In this document: piece by piece, positions 19,573 to 30,135 of the stretch
How positions within the stretch are numbered: the first letter of the stretch is position 1
Layout of the letters: each line of letters starts with the position of its first letter
Program-made: the position numbers and the translations under genes
Source: a virus
Taxonomy: Duplodnaviria; Caudoviricetes
Virus record (IMG/VR): IMGVR_UViG_3300014656_003390
Span: 1,780-65,779 of that record
Direction: 5' to 3' (one strand)
DNA length: 64,000 bases
The notes under the pieces: generated by a model
The model's input: only the letters and a program-made list of their open reading frames with translations
Told to the model about the DNA's origin: nothing
The model's database searches: none

Positions 19573-20924
19573 TAGCAGATAGTGTTGTAGAAATAATAAT
19601 TCGAGCAAAGGATGAATTTAGTACAGTAATGAAGAATGCCCAAACAGAGATAGGTGGTCTTCAAGGGTTCGTTAAAAAGAATGCACTTGCTATCGGAGCT
19701 GTTGGGGCTGCCATGACAGCAGCAGGAGTAGCTAGCATAATGATTTTATCTGATTGGACAAAGGAAGCAGCAAAATATGAGGGAGTAGTAAATAGACTAA
19801 CTCAAATTACTAAAACATCAACTAATGCAAGTGATGCTCAAGTTAAATCGCTTATAAATCAAGCTAATGCTTTAGAACAAGTAGGAGTTGTTGGAAGAAC
19901 AACAGTTATGGTAACTCAATCTCAATTAGCTACTTTCGATATGACAACCGAAAGTATTGAAATGTTAACACCTGCTTTATTAGATTATATTGTAGCTGAA
20001 AAGGGAGTTAATGCTACTACTGAAGAAGCTAAAATGATGACAAATGGATTAGCCCAAGCACTTAATGGTAATTTTGCAAGTTTAACAAGAACAGGATTTG
20101 TTCTTACTGATGTACAAAGAAAAATGTTATCTACTGGAACAGAGACAGAAAGAGTTGCTGCATTAGTTGAAATTCTTAATTCTACTTATAAAGACTTTAA
20201 TAAAAGTGCAAGGGACACTGCAGAGGGAGGAATGGCAGTATTATCAAATAGTTTTCAAAGATTAAAAGAAACTGTAGGAATTGCACTATTACCTCTTCTT
20301 ACACAATTAGTTAATATATTACAAGCAGTAGTAACTTGGTTTAATGAATTACCTGGACCAGTTCAAACAGCAATAGCAATTATAGCTGCAATAGCTGCAA
20401 TATTATTAGTATTATCAGGTGTCATTTTAGTTGTTACAGCTGCAACAGCAGCATTTACAGCAGTTAATATTTGGTGGATTGCAATTATAGTTGCAGCAAT
20501 AGCAATTATAGCTGCTTTAATTGCAGCAGGAGTATGGTTATATAAAAATTGGGATATGATAAAGGAAAAGGCAATACAATTTGGTGTCGCTGTTCAAAAT
20601 GTTTTTATAGGCATAAGAAATGGTGTGGTTAGTGTATGGAATTTTATAGTTGATTTTATAGCTACTCAAATTAATAGGGCTATAGGTTTGATAAATATTT
20701 TAATTAAAGGGATTAATATGGTACCAGGTATTAATATTGGTATGATTGGCAAAGTCAGTTTGGATAATTTTAAAGGAGATATGTTAGAATATAAAACTTA
20801 TACTCCACCATCATCAGCTACAGTAACAAATGTTATAAATATAACTGGTGATAACTATGGCACAGACCCAGAAGAAATATCGTGGGCATTAGCAGATAAT
20901 TTAAGAGATAAAATATTAACATAA
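19569..20924 (+). CDS. Tape measure protein
   Basis: VEIIIRAKDEFS N-terminus, Ala-rich helical repeats, hydrophobic segment. Confidence 0.9.
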   Translation: MIADSVVEIIIRAKDEFSTVMKNAQTEIGGLQGFVKKNALAIGAVGAAMTAAGVASIMILSDWTKEAAKYEGVVNRLTQITKTSTNASDAQVKSLINQANALEQVGVVGRTTVMVTQSQLATFDMTTESIEMLTPALLDYIVAEKGVNATTEEAKMMTNGLAQALNGNFASLTRTGFVLTDVQRKMLSTGTETERVAALVEILNSTYKDFNKSARDTAEGGMAVLSNSFQRLKETVGIALLPLLTQLVNILQAVVTWFNELPGPVQTAIAIIAAIAAILLVLSGVILVVTAATAAFTAVNIWWIAIIVAAIAIIAALIAAGVWLYKNWDMIKEKAIQFGVAVQNVFIGIRNGVVSVWNFIVDFIATQINRAIGLINILIKGINMVPGINIGMIGKVSLDNFKGDMLEYKTYTPPSSATVTNVINITGDNYGTDPEEISWALADNLRDKILT

Positions 20925-20925
20925 A

Positions 20926-23130
20926 ATGGTAGTAGAAATACAAATAACAATATCGGGAGTTACAATTATTCCTGATACATGTAAAATAAAAAAATCAATC
21001 GGAGATATAGATACAATAAGTTCAATCAGTATTGGCATAAACAATTATACTGGTGCATATTCAACCGATTATACTATTGGTAATGAGATAAAGGCATATG
21101 TAAGTGGTATCAATGTTTTTACTGGGATACTTACTGATATTTCTCTTAAAGGAAAGGATTTAAAAGAAGATTTAACACTGACAGGTAGAGATTATTCATA
21201 TCAATTTTTAGATAGAACTGTTGAACCAGAAACTTATAGTAATCTTCCTGCTGGAAGTATTGTTAAGGATATAATTGAAAAATACACAATAGGGATTACA
21301 ACAACAAATGTAAGTGACGGAGATACAATCATTAAAAGAACATTTAATCAAATTCCAGTTTTCGATGCTATAAAACAACTAGCAGAAGATACTGCATTTA
21401 GTTTTTATGTTGATGAAAATAAAGATTTACACTTTGGAGATTTAAATTCTACATCATCTGGATACACATTTGGTTCTGGTATTGGTTCTGGTAATATTTT
21501 GAATGCAAGTTTTAGAGAAAGTAGAGATGGAATTTATAATGAAGTTTGGGTTTATGGAGATAGGTACCTTGACGGATTTAAAGAAACAATTGCTACTCCA
21601 GCAGGTGGAGGAAGTATATTTACTTTACTTTATAAACCACGTAATGTTGCTATAACAGTAAGTGGTGGTATTATACAGCCAGGAGGAATTTTTAATATGA
21701 CACCTGGTAGTGAAGTTAAATTTTTAGTTGATTATGATAGCAAACAAATTATATTTACATCTGGAACAACTCAAGGATATAATATTCCTTCTGAAGGTAA
21801 TTCCTGTGTATTTGATTATATGAGAGATTTACCTGTTATAAAGATGGGGCAAAATCATGATAGTGTAGAAAAATATAAAAAAAGAGTTAAAATAGTAGTA
21901 GATAAGAATATAAAAGATGCAGATACAGCAGAATTAGTTATGCTTTCTACACTTGAACAGTATTCAGACCCATTAAAGCAAGGAACATTAGTATTAAAAG
22001 ATATCTATAATTTAACTCCTGGAGAAAATTGTAATGTTAATATTCCGATATATGGAATTAATAATAATGAATACCAAATGACTGAAGTTGATTATAATTT
22101 ATCACAAGACAACCTTTTAAGAGGAACTATTATGACTGTTAAATTAAATAAAAATTTACCAGATATAACTGATAATCTAAAGGATATTCTTTTACAATTA
22201 AAGAAAATTCAAGGTGGTGATATATCAAATGCAGATTTAATAACTCGATTTCAATTAATAACAGGTAGTTTCGGTATAAGACAAAGTGGGTGTTCAATTT
22301 ATACAATTCCAATTAATGATAGTTTTATAGCAGGACATTCACAAAATAGTGTATTAGGAGTTGTTAATCCTTCTACAGTTGGAAGTTTGATTAGTGGTGT
22401 GAGTTGGGTAAGTGGAATTATGGGAACAGGATATGATAAAGCATGTAGTTTTAATGGAACCAATGGACAAATTAAAATAAATAATACTGGAATTTGGAGT
22501 AATGGTAGTTATACTATTTCTTTATGGACTTATCCTTATGTAATGACTACTGCTGCAGGAATTGGAAGAAGATTTTATTCAGAATGTAATAGTACTTTAA
22601 CTCCCCCTTTATTTTCTATAGAACAAACAGCTTCAATTATTGGTTCTAATGTAGAAGTAGTTATAAGAAATGATAATAATGATGTATATGTCTCTACTAT
22701 ATCCAACTCAGATATAAAAATAAATAATTGGTATAATATTATTCTTACAGAAAATGCAGGAAGTATTAATTTATATATAAATGGAAATTTAGATAAAACA
22801 ATTAATTATACTCATAGTGGAACATTAACAACAGATAGGATAGGCATCGGTGCAGTAGTTAGAAATTCTCCTGTAGGATTTGCATCCGGAATAATAGATG
22901 ATGTAAGAATTTATAATTATGCTCTCTCAGGAACAGAAATAGGAAGTTTATATTCAAAAGTAAATTATCCATTAAACGGATTAGTAGCATGGTATAAATT
23001 TGATGAAGGAATGGGTTCATTTGCTTATAATTCAGTTGGTTCAGGAAATACATCAGGCAATTATATTCAACCTTTTCTTGGAGATAGAAGAGGAAGTTCA
23101 GAATTAGTATATTCAGGAGGTTATTTTTAA
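20926..23130 (+). CDS. Tail tip/hub protein with C-terminal LamG domain
   Basis: After TMP; WYNIILT...LYINGNL...IDDVRIYNYALS, GLVAWYKFDEG. Confidence 0.75.
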   Translation: MVVEIQITISGVTIIPDTCKIKKSIGDIDTISSISIGINNYTGAYSTDYTIGNEIKAYVSGINVFTGILTDISLKGKDLKEDLTLTGRDYSYQFLDRTVEPETYSNLPAGSIVKDIIEKYTIGITTTNVSDGDTIIKRTFNQIPVFDAIKQLAEDTAFSFYVDENKDLHFGDLNSTSSGYTFGSGIGSGNILNASFRESRDGIYNEVWVYGDRYLDGFKETIATPAGGGSIFTLLYKPRNVAITVSGGIIQPGGIFNMTPGSEVKFLVDYDSKQIIFTSGTTQGYNIPSEGNSCVFDYMRDLPVIKMGQNHDSVEKYKKRVKIVVDKNIKDADTAELVMLSTLEQYSDPLKQGTLVLKDIYNLTPGENCNVNIPIYGINNNEYQMTEVDYNLSQDNLLRGTIMTVKLNKNLPDITDNLKDILLQLKKIQGGDISNADLITRFQLITGSFGIRQSGCSIYTIPINDSFIAGHSQNSVLGVVNPSTVGSLISGVSWVSGIMGTGYDKACSFNGTNGQIKINNTGIWSNGSYTISLWTYPYVMTTAAGIGRRFYSECNSTLTPPLFSIEQTASIIGSNVEVVIRNDNNDVYVSTISNSDIKINNWYNIILTENAGSINLYINGNLDKTINYTHSGTLTTDRIGIGAVVRNSPVGFASGIIDDVRIYNYALSGTEIGSLYSKVNYPLNGLVAWYKFDEGMGSFAYNSVGSGNTSGNYIQPFLGDRRGSSELVYSGGYF

Positions 23131-23511
23131 ATGGTATTAATGAATTGGGCTAAACAAACAATAGCAAATTTGATAGGCGGTAGTACAACTTTAATTCCAG
23201 CATATTTTATGATTGGAAGTGGTTCAGGTACAGTTGCTTTAACACAAACACAATTAGTTCATGCAGCAGATAGACAAATCTTTACGACTATTAATAATGA
23301 AACAGCATATAAAATAAAATATACGGGAGATTGGAATGCAATAGAAATGAGTGGATTAGGAGCACCAAACGCATTTCCTTTAAGAGAGATTGGAATTAGT
23401 ATAAGTGGAGCAGGAATTACAGGTAGTATGTGGAGTAATATTAATTTCCCAGCTATTAATTTTAATGGTTTAAATGAATTGAGAGTTGAAGAAAATTGGG
23501 AGATATTTTAA
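23131..23511 (+). CDS. Tail tip/baseplate-associated protein
   Basis: YFMIGSGSGT...LREIGI pattern. Confidence 0.55.
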   Translation: MVLMNWAKQTIANLIGGSTTLIPAYFMIGSGSGTVALTQTQLVHAADRQIFTTINNETAYKIKYTGDWNAIEMSGLGAPNAFPLREIGISISGAGITGSMWSNINFPAINFNGLNELRVEENWEIF

Positions 23512-23539
23512 TTAAAGTGAAAGGAGGTTTAAATAAAAT

Positions 23540-24010
23540 ATGACAGCAGAAGGAATTTTTCCAAAGGTAGATGGAGATATATTACATGCAAGCGAAGTAA
23601 ACCAGATGTATGATATTTCTAACCCATTTTGGAGTAAATATACAGTAGGAAGTTATGTATATAAAACAGAAACTAATGGTACCGTTAATGTAGGAAGTTT
23701 AGTATTTACTAATATTTCTGGAGTAAGTACAATAAATATAAATTATATATTTGATTTAAAGAATTGGTCATCGAGTAGCGATGCATCATTATATCAATGT
23801 GGTTCTCCTACTGGAGAAATAATTAAGACATATCCTGGAGGAAATTTTCCAAATGGATTTAGATGTAATCAATTTACAGCACCTATTAAAGAAAATAGTA
23901 TATACAATATCATATACAGTTTAGGTCCTGAAGGAGCAGGTTCGATATGGATAAAAGATATTTATATTTGGGGTGGAGTATCAGGAATAATAGTAGATTC
24001 AAGTTTTTAA
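23540..24010 (+). CDS. Tail fiber-like protein
   Basis: FPKVDGDILHASEVN N-terminal motif typical of fiber anchors. Confidence 0.55.
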   Translation: MTAEGIFPKVDGDILHASEVNQMYDISNPFWSKYTVGSYVYKTETNGTVNVGSLVFTNISGVSTININYIFDLKNWSSSSDASLYQCGSPTGEIIKTYPGGNFPNGFRCNQFTAPIKENSIYNIIYSLGPEGAGSIWIKDIYIWGGVSGIIVDSSF

Positions 24011-24107
24011 AATAAAACGAAAATCAAAATATTTATAAACTCTAAAATATTTAAATAATAGTTAAAATGTTCTATATTTATACAGATGTAAGGAGGTTAA
24101 AAGTTAA

Positions 24108-24761
24108 ATGGTAGAAACAAAAAATACAAACTGGCCAGTTGCATTATTGCTTTGTGCTATTATGATTGTTAGTATGTTAGTAATGGGATTAGCAATTAAT
24201 AATAGTATAGAGAAAAATGCAGACAAGCCAATTAATGTAGACCTAACACCAGTATTAAATGCTATTAATACAAATAATGAAAAGATTGATGTATTAGTAT
24301 CAACTTCATCAAGTGAAGTAACAGATGCTACTGAAAATAGTAGATTAGATAGTGCAGTTAATGAAATATTAAAAAGTGATGATGAAGAAAAAATCGCAGA
24401 AGATTTAGCTATAAGTTACATAGACTGTAAAGAATTTAAGAAAGCTCTTATGAGTTACTTGAATACTTTAAGTGAAGATGGAACTGATTTGAATATCGAA
24501 GATTATAAAGATATTTCAAGTATTGTGATTAAAGATACTGATGTTAGATTAAGAAGACATGGCGATAACGCAAATGTAGAATTTGAGTTGAAGATTACTT
24601 ATTTCAACGATGGAGATGATGACACTGAAGATGCTGAAACAGTAAGAGTTATTGTTACATTATCTATTGAAGAATTAGATGAAGACGAAGATTATGCAGA
24701 TGCAGAAGTTATCGAACCAGAAGAAGACGACTTCGAATTCGTTAAATTTTATTCAGATTAA
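24108..24761 (+). CDS. Membrane-anchored acidic extracellular protein (moron-like)
   Basis: N-terminal TM, very D/E-rich; own promoter AAACGAAAATCAAAATATTTATAAA (~24015-24039) and T-tract after. Confidence 0.7.
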   Translation: MVETKNTNWPVALLLCAIMIVSMLVMGLAINNSIEKNADKPINVDLTPVLNAINTNNEKIDVLVSTSSSEVTDATENSRLDSAVNEILKSDDEEKIAEDLAISYIDCKEFKKALMSYLNTLSEDGTDLNIEDYKDISSIVIKDTDVRLRRHGDNANVEFELKITYFNDGDDDTEDAETVRVIVTLSIEELDEDEDYADAEVIEPEEDDFEFVKFYSD

Positions 24762-24774
24762 TTCTGATTAAAAT

Positions 24775-24820
24775 ACTTTTTTAATTTTTTTATTTTTTTT
24801 ATTTTTTTTATTTTTTTATT
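24775..24820 (+). terminator. Oligo-T terminator
   Basis: Long interrupted T tract after the stop codon. Confidence 0.55.
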
Positions 24821-24854
24821 TAAGGATAAGTATAAAATGGTGAAAGGAGGATAA

Positions 24855-25064
24855 ATGGTAGAAGGAAAATCAAGATTTAGTATAGATAAAACAACTTGGA
24901 TAAAAGTTGGTAGAGGCTGTTTAATAGCAATAGCAGGTGGTATTTTAACATATGTAGAAACACTTGCAGGAATGCCAGATTTAGGAACATTAGGAACAAT
25001 TATACAATTTGCTATTAACTCAGGATTAATTAATTTAGCAAGAAAGTTTATATCTCAATATTAA
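24855..25064 (+). CDS. Putative holin
   Basis: 69 aa, two hydrophobic segments, upstream of a protease. Confidence 0.45.
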   Translation: MVEGKSRFSIDKTTWIKVGRGCLIAIAGGILTYVETLAGMPDLGTLGTIIQFAINSGLINLARKFISQY

Positions 25065-25101
25065 ATATATCAACACTAAATATTGTATTAATATAATTAG
25101 A

Positions 25102-25779
25102 ATGAATTGGATTAAAGAAATAGCAAAGATAGTTCTAAAAGAAGAAATTAAAATATTGGAAAGCCAAATTCCAAAGAAAAATTTTTATCAAGAATATTAT
25201 AATAATAAATATCCGAAAACTGATATTTTCTATAAAAGAACAGATAAACTTGGGACGATTAATATTGATGTTAGACAATTCTTAAATTTTAATAATTGTC
25301 TCTTTCCGAAAATAAATGGAGAAAATGATAATGAAAAAGTAATTAATTCATTAATATGGGTTATAGATAATATAAAATATATTCCTGATAAAACAGAATA
25401 TGGACTAGAAGAATATTGGGCATATGGATATGAAACTTTTAATTATAAAAAAGGTGATTGTGAAGATGGAGCAATATTACTTTATGATATTATGAGAGCA
25501 AATGGAATACCTGCTTGGAAATTAAGAATTAATGCTGGTTTAGTTAATAATCCTTTGAATCAGAAAGTAGGACATTGTTTTGTTGTATATTATAATGAAG
25601 AAACAAATAAATGGCAATTATTAGATTGGTGTTATTATCCATCAAAACTAGGTTTAGAATTTAGAGACGAATATAAAAATGAAGCAAATTATATAACTAC
25701 TTGGTTTAGTTTTAATGAAAATTTTTCTTATAATAAAGATATAAAAGATATTCCTAAAATGGAAAATATAACTAATTGA
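25102..25779 (+). CDS. Transglutaminase-like cysteine protease
   Basis: GDCEDGAIL (Cys), GHCF (His), LLDW (Asp) triad. Confidence 0.85.
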   Translation: MNWIKEIAKIVLKEEIKILESQIPKKNFYQEYYNNKYPKTDIFYKRTDKLGTINIDVRQFLNFNNCLFPKINGENDNEKVINSLIWVIDNIKYIPDKTEYGLEEYWAYGYETFNYKKGDCEDGAILLYDIMRANGIPAWKLRINAGLVNNPLNQKVGHCFVVYYNEETNKWQLLDWCYYPSKLGLEFRDEYKNEANYITTWFSFNENFSYNKDIKDIPKMENITN

Positions 25780-26902
25780 ATAATTGTTTGATACTTTCTA
25801 TTATTCTATTTGCTGAGTTATTCCAAGTAAAGATGGTAATAAATTCTTTTGCTTTTAATCCCATTTCTTTTACTCTATCTTGATGTTCATAACACCATCT
25901 CATTTTCTTTCGTAAATCGTTTATAACTATTGTAGCCCATTCTATTCCTTCATACATAATATCTTCTTTTACTTCTGATAGTTCTGCATCTACAAACAAT
26001 GCACAAGTACTATCCATATGCTCTATTTGACCACCATAATTAGTTGCTATAACAGGTAATCCACATGCCATTGCCTCTCCAGAACCTAAATCAAATGCTT
26101 CTGAACGAGTAGGACATATATATGCATCACCTAAATTATAGAAATCACATAATTTATCATATGGTACATTTTCTAGCATAACTTGTATGTCTGCTTTATT
26201 TGCTTGTAGATTTAATTGTTGTACTGATTGCTGTAACATTTGTGGACTTATATAAGCTGGGTTTAATCTTACTATAAGCCTTATGTTATCCTCCATTGTA
26301 AATTCTTCGTTAAATGCTTTAATCATATATTGAACTCCTCCTCTATCCCAAGAAGAACCTCTCCATCCCTTATTACAAACAAATGTAAATTTATCATGTT
26401 TCTTTTCTAATGATTTAAATATAGATAAGTCTACTCCATGCGGAATTACTTTTATTTTATCTAAAATTTCTAATCCTTGGGTCGATGTCATAATTTCTTT
26501 TTCATAATCGTTTATAGTATTTTCAATTGCTTGCTTTGTATGTTCACTCGGGACAAATATCAAATCAATCTTCGGATTTAACATCTCATCAATGTAACTT
26601 AGAGGGACTTTACTTCCTTCCCAAACACAATAAGCACAATTAATTCCTGTTCCTAAAAACAACTTCCACATATGAGGAGTTGTTATAATTATTTGAATAT
26701 CATTTTCTTTTCCTTGTTTTGTAATCATATCTAATTCATTATCATTAACCATTCTTTCCCAACCTTGCATTAGTTGAGTTGATAATTTTACATCTGCTAT
26801 TTTATATAAAGCATTCACTAAATTTCTTGTATGACTAGCATATCCAGTAGTCGAGAATATATCTCCTATGATATTTATTTTTAATTTTTTATCTTCATTC
26901 AT
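25772..26902 (-). CDS. GT-B (GT4-like) glycosyltransferase
   Basis: VIPHGVD, RSEAFDLGSGEAMACGLPVIATNYGG. Confidence 0.9.
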   Translation of the reverse strand: MNEDKKLKINIIGDIFSTTGYASHTRNLVNALYKIADVKLSTQLMQGWERMVNDNELDMITKQGKENDIQIIITTPHMWKLFLGTGINCAYCVWEGSKVPLSYIDEMLNPKIDLIFVPSEHTKQAIENTINDYEKEIMTSTQGLEILDKIKVIPHGVDLSIFKSLEKKHDKFTFVCNKGWRGSSWDRGGVQYMIKAFNEEFTMEDNIRLIVRLNPAYISPQMLQQSVQQLNLQANKADIQVMLENVPYDKLCDFYNLGDAYICPTRSEAFDLGSGEAMACGLPVIATNYGGQIEHMDSTCALFVDAELSEVKEDIMYEGIEWATIVINDLRKKMRWCYEHQDRVKEMGLKAKEFITIFTWNNSANRIIESIKQLFN

Positions 26903-27747
26903 TTTATTCCATACACTCCTTCAAGTAAATCTTTTGACTTTCCACTATTAGTCAAAAGAAATTTATTATATTCTTCTGCAGCTCTTAACATCTGATTAGC
27001 AAGAGTATTGCCACAAGTTTTTTGATATAAACTTCTAAATCCAGCAAAATCTTTTATAAAACAATGTCCACCTGCTCCTCTTCCACCTTGATGTTCGGCA
27101 ATAAGATGTGTTCTTCCAACTCTTTTATCTGCTCCCATCATATAAATCAACTTATCATAATCAATTTTATTTGCCTTTGCTACTTCATAAAAAGTATTCA
27201 TAGTTAAAACTTTTATATAAAACCAACAATTAATCATATATTTTACAAATTCACTTTCTTTACAATCACATATTTCTTCAAATGGTGAGCAAGGTAAAAT
27301 TCTCATAACTTTTCCTGCAACATGTTTAGATTTACTTGTTGTTCCGATGATATTCATCATTGGATTAGCAACATCGTATTTTGCTGTTGCTTCTGTTAAT
27401 AATTCCGGACTATGAATTACATATCTATCTGGAAACATCTTTTGCATTTTTTCTGTTGTGCCAGGCATTATTGTTGATTTGATAACAATTATTTGCCCTT
27501 TTCTTGTTGCTTTAATTGCATCTATGATAGCATTATCATCAACTTCAACACATTCTTGCCATCGCTTACTTATACTTGGAGTTGGCACAGCTATAAAAAC
27601 AATGTCACAATCTTTTATTTTTGCTTTATTCTTTTTATATTTGTCAATATCATAACGAATAACCTTAAATCCTCTTTCTTCAAAGTTGTCTGCATAGTTA
27701 GAACCTATCCAACCAATACCAATAAATCCAATTTTATTTGTTATCAT
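26899..27747 (-). CDS. UDP-glucose/GDP-mannose 6-dehydrogenase family
   Basis: GFIGIGWIG, IAVPTP, IKSTIMPGTT, PELL, GAGGHCFIKD. Confidence 0.9.
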   Translation of the reverse strand: MITNKIGFIGIGWIGSNYADNFEERGFKVIRYDIDKYKKNKAKIKDCDIVFIAVPTPSISKRWQECVEVDDNAIIDAIKATRKGQIIVIKSTIMPGTTEKMQKMFPDRYVIHSPELLTEATAKYDVANPMMNIIGTTSKSKHVAGKVMRILPCSPFEEICDCKESEFVKYMINCWFYIKVLTMNTFYEVAKANKIDYDKLIYMMGADKRVGRTHLIAEHQGGRGAGGHCFIKDFAGFRSLYQKTCGNTLANQMLRAAEEYNKFLLTNSGKSKDLLEGVYGIK

Positions 27748-27884
27748 ATAACTCCTAAATTTAGTTCTGTTCCTTTTAATTTAAATAAATAATGCATTTC
27801 CTTAATTGCATGTTTTCCTAACTCTTCATAATTATTAAATTCTTTTCCACAATTTTTACATATCATTTCTCTTTTCTTTTCCAT
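27744..27884 (-). CDS. C2H2-type Zn finger protein (46 aa)
   Basis: ICKNCGKEFNNYEELGKHAIKEMH; not in the track. Confidence 0.65.
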   Translation of the reverse strand: MEKKREMICKNCGKEFNNYEELGKHAIKEMHYLFKLKGTELNLGVI

Positions 27885-27898
27885 AATTAAATTACTCA

Positions 27899-28738
27899 TC
27901 ATTTGAATTGCTTCCTATAAGTTTCTAAAAAGTCTCCTTTTTCTTTATATATTTTTTGACAAAATCTACTTAACAAATCATGATTAGTTTGTAATCCATT
28001 TTGATATTGTTGTGTTCTTTCGCCCCCACTTGGAGTTGCTAAATGATAAGCAATAGCTCCTGTATTAATTCCAATTTTAAATCCTTCGAGAATTGCTCTA
28101 AAACTAAACCATTGTTCTTCTCTAAAACTACAAAAGCCAATATTATCTTCATATTTAACTTTTTGATGAACTTCCTTTTTAATTAATGCCATACTTCTAA
28201 AATTTACACTTGGTATAATTTCTTTTTCTATATACTCCATTCCACATTCATCACCAAAATATATTATCTCTCCTTTATCATTTAATCGAACATCACTTAT
28301 GAATGGTTTAACATACTTCGTTGAGCGTTTTATAAATGGTATTGCACAATGAGGAACTAAACAACCTGCAATATCATATCCTTGGTCTAATGTATCACAT
28401 AGTCTTTCAAGAAAGTCTGGTTGTAAAAGATTATCATCATCTAATCTTAAAATACAATCCCCATTCCCGACTTCTATTATTCTATCAACTATTATTTGTC
28501 TCAATCTTGTAACTCCATAAGCTATATCATTTCTCCAAATAGTAACACAGTGGTTTTCAAGTTTCAGTCTATTTACTATTGCTTGAATGAAGTTAAAATT
28601 TTGTATTGAAACACCACTTCGGTCATCCATAATATATAAATCCCAATCTTTATGAGTTTGTGTTCTTAAACTCTGAAGTAATAAAGCAACTTCGCTTGGT
28701 CTATCCTTTGTACATAACATGATATCTATTTTATGCAT
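27899..28738 (-). CDS. GT-A (GT2) glycosyltransferase
   Basis: MLCTKDRP, IMDD, LRLDDD. Confidence 0.85.
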   Translation of the reverse strand: MHKIDIMLCTKDRPSEVALLLQSLRTQTHKDWDLYIMDDRSGVSIQNFNFIQAIVNRLKLENHCVTIWRNDIAYGVTRLRQIIVDRIIEVGNGDCILRLDDDNLLQPDFLERLCDTLDQGYDIAGCLVPHCAIPFIKRSTKYVKPFISDVRLNDKGEIIYFGDECGMEYIEKEIIPSVNFRSMALIKKEVHQKVKYEDNIGFCSFREEQWFSFRAILEGFKIGINTGAIAYHLATPSGGERTQQYQNGLQTNHDLLSRFCQKIYKEKGDFLETYRKQFK

Positions 28739-30030
28739 ATTTTTCTTCTAACCTCTTTATCAATTTCTTCTCTTAGTCTTTTTAAATTTTTATTACTTAA
28801 TTCATTCGTCCTAACATTACTACAATCTTGTTTGTCAAATCCTCTATAAAAACTATCTTCAGTTGCATATCTTGGCTTATTAAAATATAAACCATTATAC
28901 TCCCATTTATAATCTTTAAACTTTTTGGATGGAATAGCATTATCATATATCTTACTACCAGGGTATGGAGTTATTAAATTAAAATCAAAATCATTTGGTT
29001 TATTTTTTAAAAGCCAATCTTTTGACATCATAATATCTTCAAAAGTTTCATCTGGAAACCCAAGCATCATAAATGCTTCATAATGTATTCCTGCATCTTT
29101 TATAAGTTTGCATGCTTTTGAATTTTCTTCACTTGTTGTTCTTTTATTTATATTTTTCAACATTCTATCAGACCCACTCTCAATACCTGTACAAAGTTTT
29201 ACAAACCCAGCATCTTTTAACCATTGAACGCTTTCAGGATATTTACAAATCATATCGCTTCTAACAAACCCTCTATGTTGATATTTTCTTTTTGACAACA
29301 ACTTACACAATTCTTTTAGTCTTTTGATATTAATATTAATCTCATCATCATACCACATAAAACTTTCATATCCATACTTTTTATTTAATTCATCTAATTC
29401 TTCTAAAATTCTTGTTGGAGAGTGTGTTCTTGTTTTATTATACATTTCAATATCTCTCCCACAACAAAAAGTGCATTGAAATGGACATCCTCTTTGTGTC
29501 ATAATACATGTTGTATCTTTTCCTAGAAGACTATAATGATAACTTTTAATATCTATGAAATCTCTATTTGGTATTGGGACATCATCTAAATTTTTGATAA
29601 GATTACCTTTTTGCCATCCAGATTTAAACATATTACTTGTTTCTTCTCCTTCACCAGCAAATATAGTATCAAACACTTCTAAATCTTTTATATTGATATC
29701 TTCTATACCTTTTTCTCGTAATGAATATAAAGCACTTGAATGTGCACCACCAATCATAGTTTTTGCCTTTGGATTATATTGCTTTAATATATTAAATATC
29801 TTCATTATATAAGGGAATTGTGGAGTGGTAGAACTAAACCCAAACCATTCGTAATTATTGGTATAAGGAATTATATCTTCTGCTTTTTTTCCTGTTAAAT
29901 CAATAACATCTACCAATTTTCCTTCATTTCGTAGTTGAGTTGCCACTCTTAATATACCTATATTTGGAAATGTTTTTTCATTAATTAAAAACGGACTATT
30001 TGAAATTATTAATGCTATATCTTTTTTCAT
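28726..30030 (-). CDS. B12-binding radical SAM protein
   Basis: IGGAH; TQRGCPFQCTFC (CX3CX2C); GIESGS. Confidence 0.9.
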   Translation of the reverse strand: MKKDIALIISNSPFLINEKTFPNIGILRVATQLRNEGKLVDVIDLTGKKAEDIIPYTNNYEWFGFSSTTPQFPYIMKIFNILKQYNPKAKTMIGGAHSSALYSLREKGIEDINIKDLEVFDTIFAGEGEETSNMFKSGWQKGNLIKNLDDVPIPNRDFIDIKSYHYSLLGKDTTCIMTQRGCPFQCTFCCGRDIEMYNKTRTHSPTRILEELDELNKKYGYESFMWYDDEININIKRLKELCKLLSKRKYQHRGFVRSDMICKYPESVQWLKDAGFVKLCTGIESGSDRMLKNINKRTTSEENSKACKLIKDAGIHYEAFMMLGFPDETFEDIMMSKDWLLKNKPNDFDFNLITPYPGSKIYDNAIPSKKFKDYKWEYNGLYFNKPRYATEDSFYRGFDKQDCSNVRTNELSNKNLKRLREEIDKEVRRKICIK

Positions 30031-30134
30031 TTGAAATAATTTTGTGGAAAAGGAAAATATGCATCTGTCTCTGCATCATAATAACCTGAACCACAAACCA
30101 CAACTCCATTTTGTTTTAATTCTTTTTTATTCAT
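30027..30134 (-). CDS. Small ORF (35 aa)
   Basis: MNKKELKQNGVVVCGSGYYD...; ATGA overlap. Confidence 0.4.
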   Translation of the reverse strand: MNKKELKQNGVVVCGSGYYDAETDAYFPFPQNYFK

Positions 30135-30135
30135 T

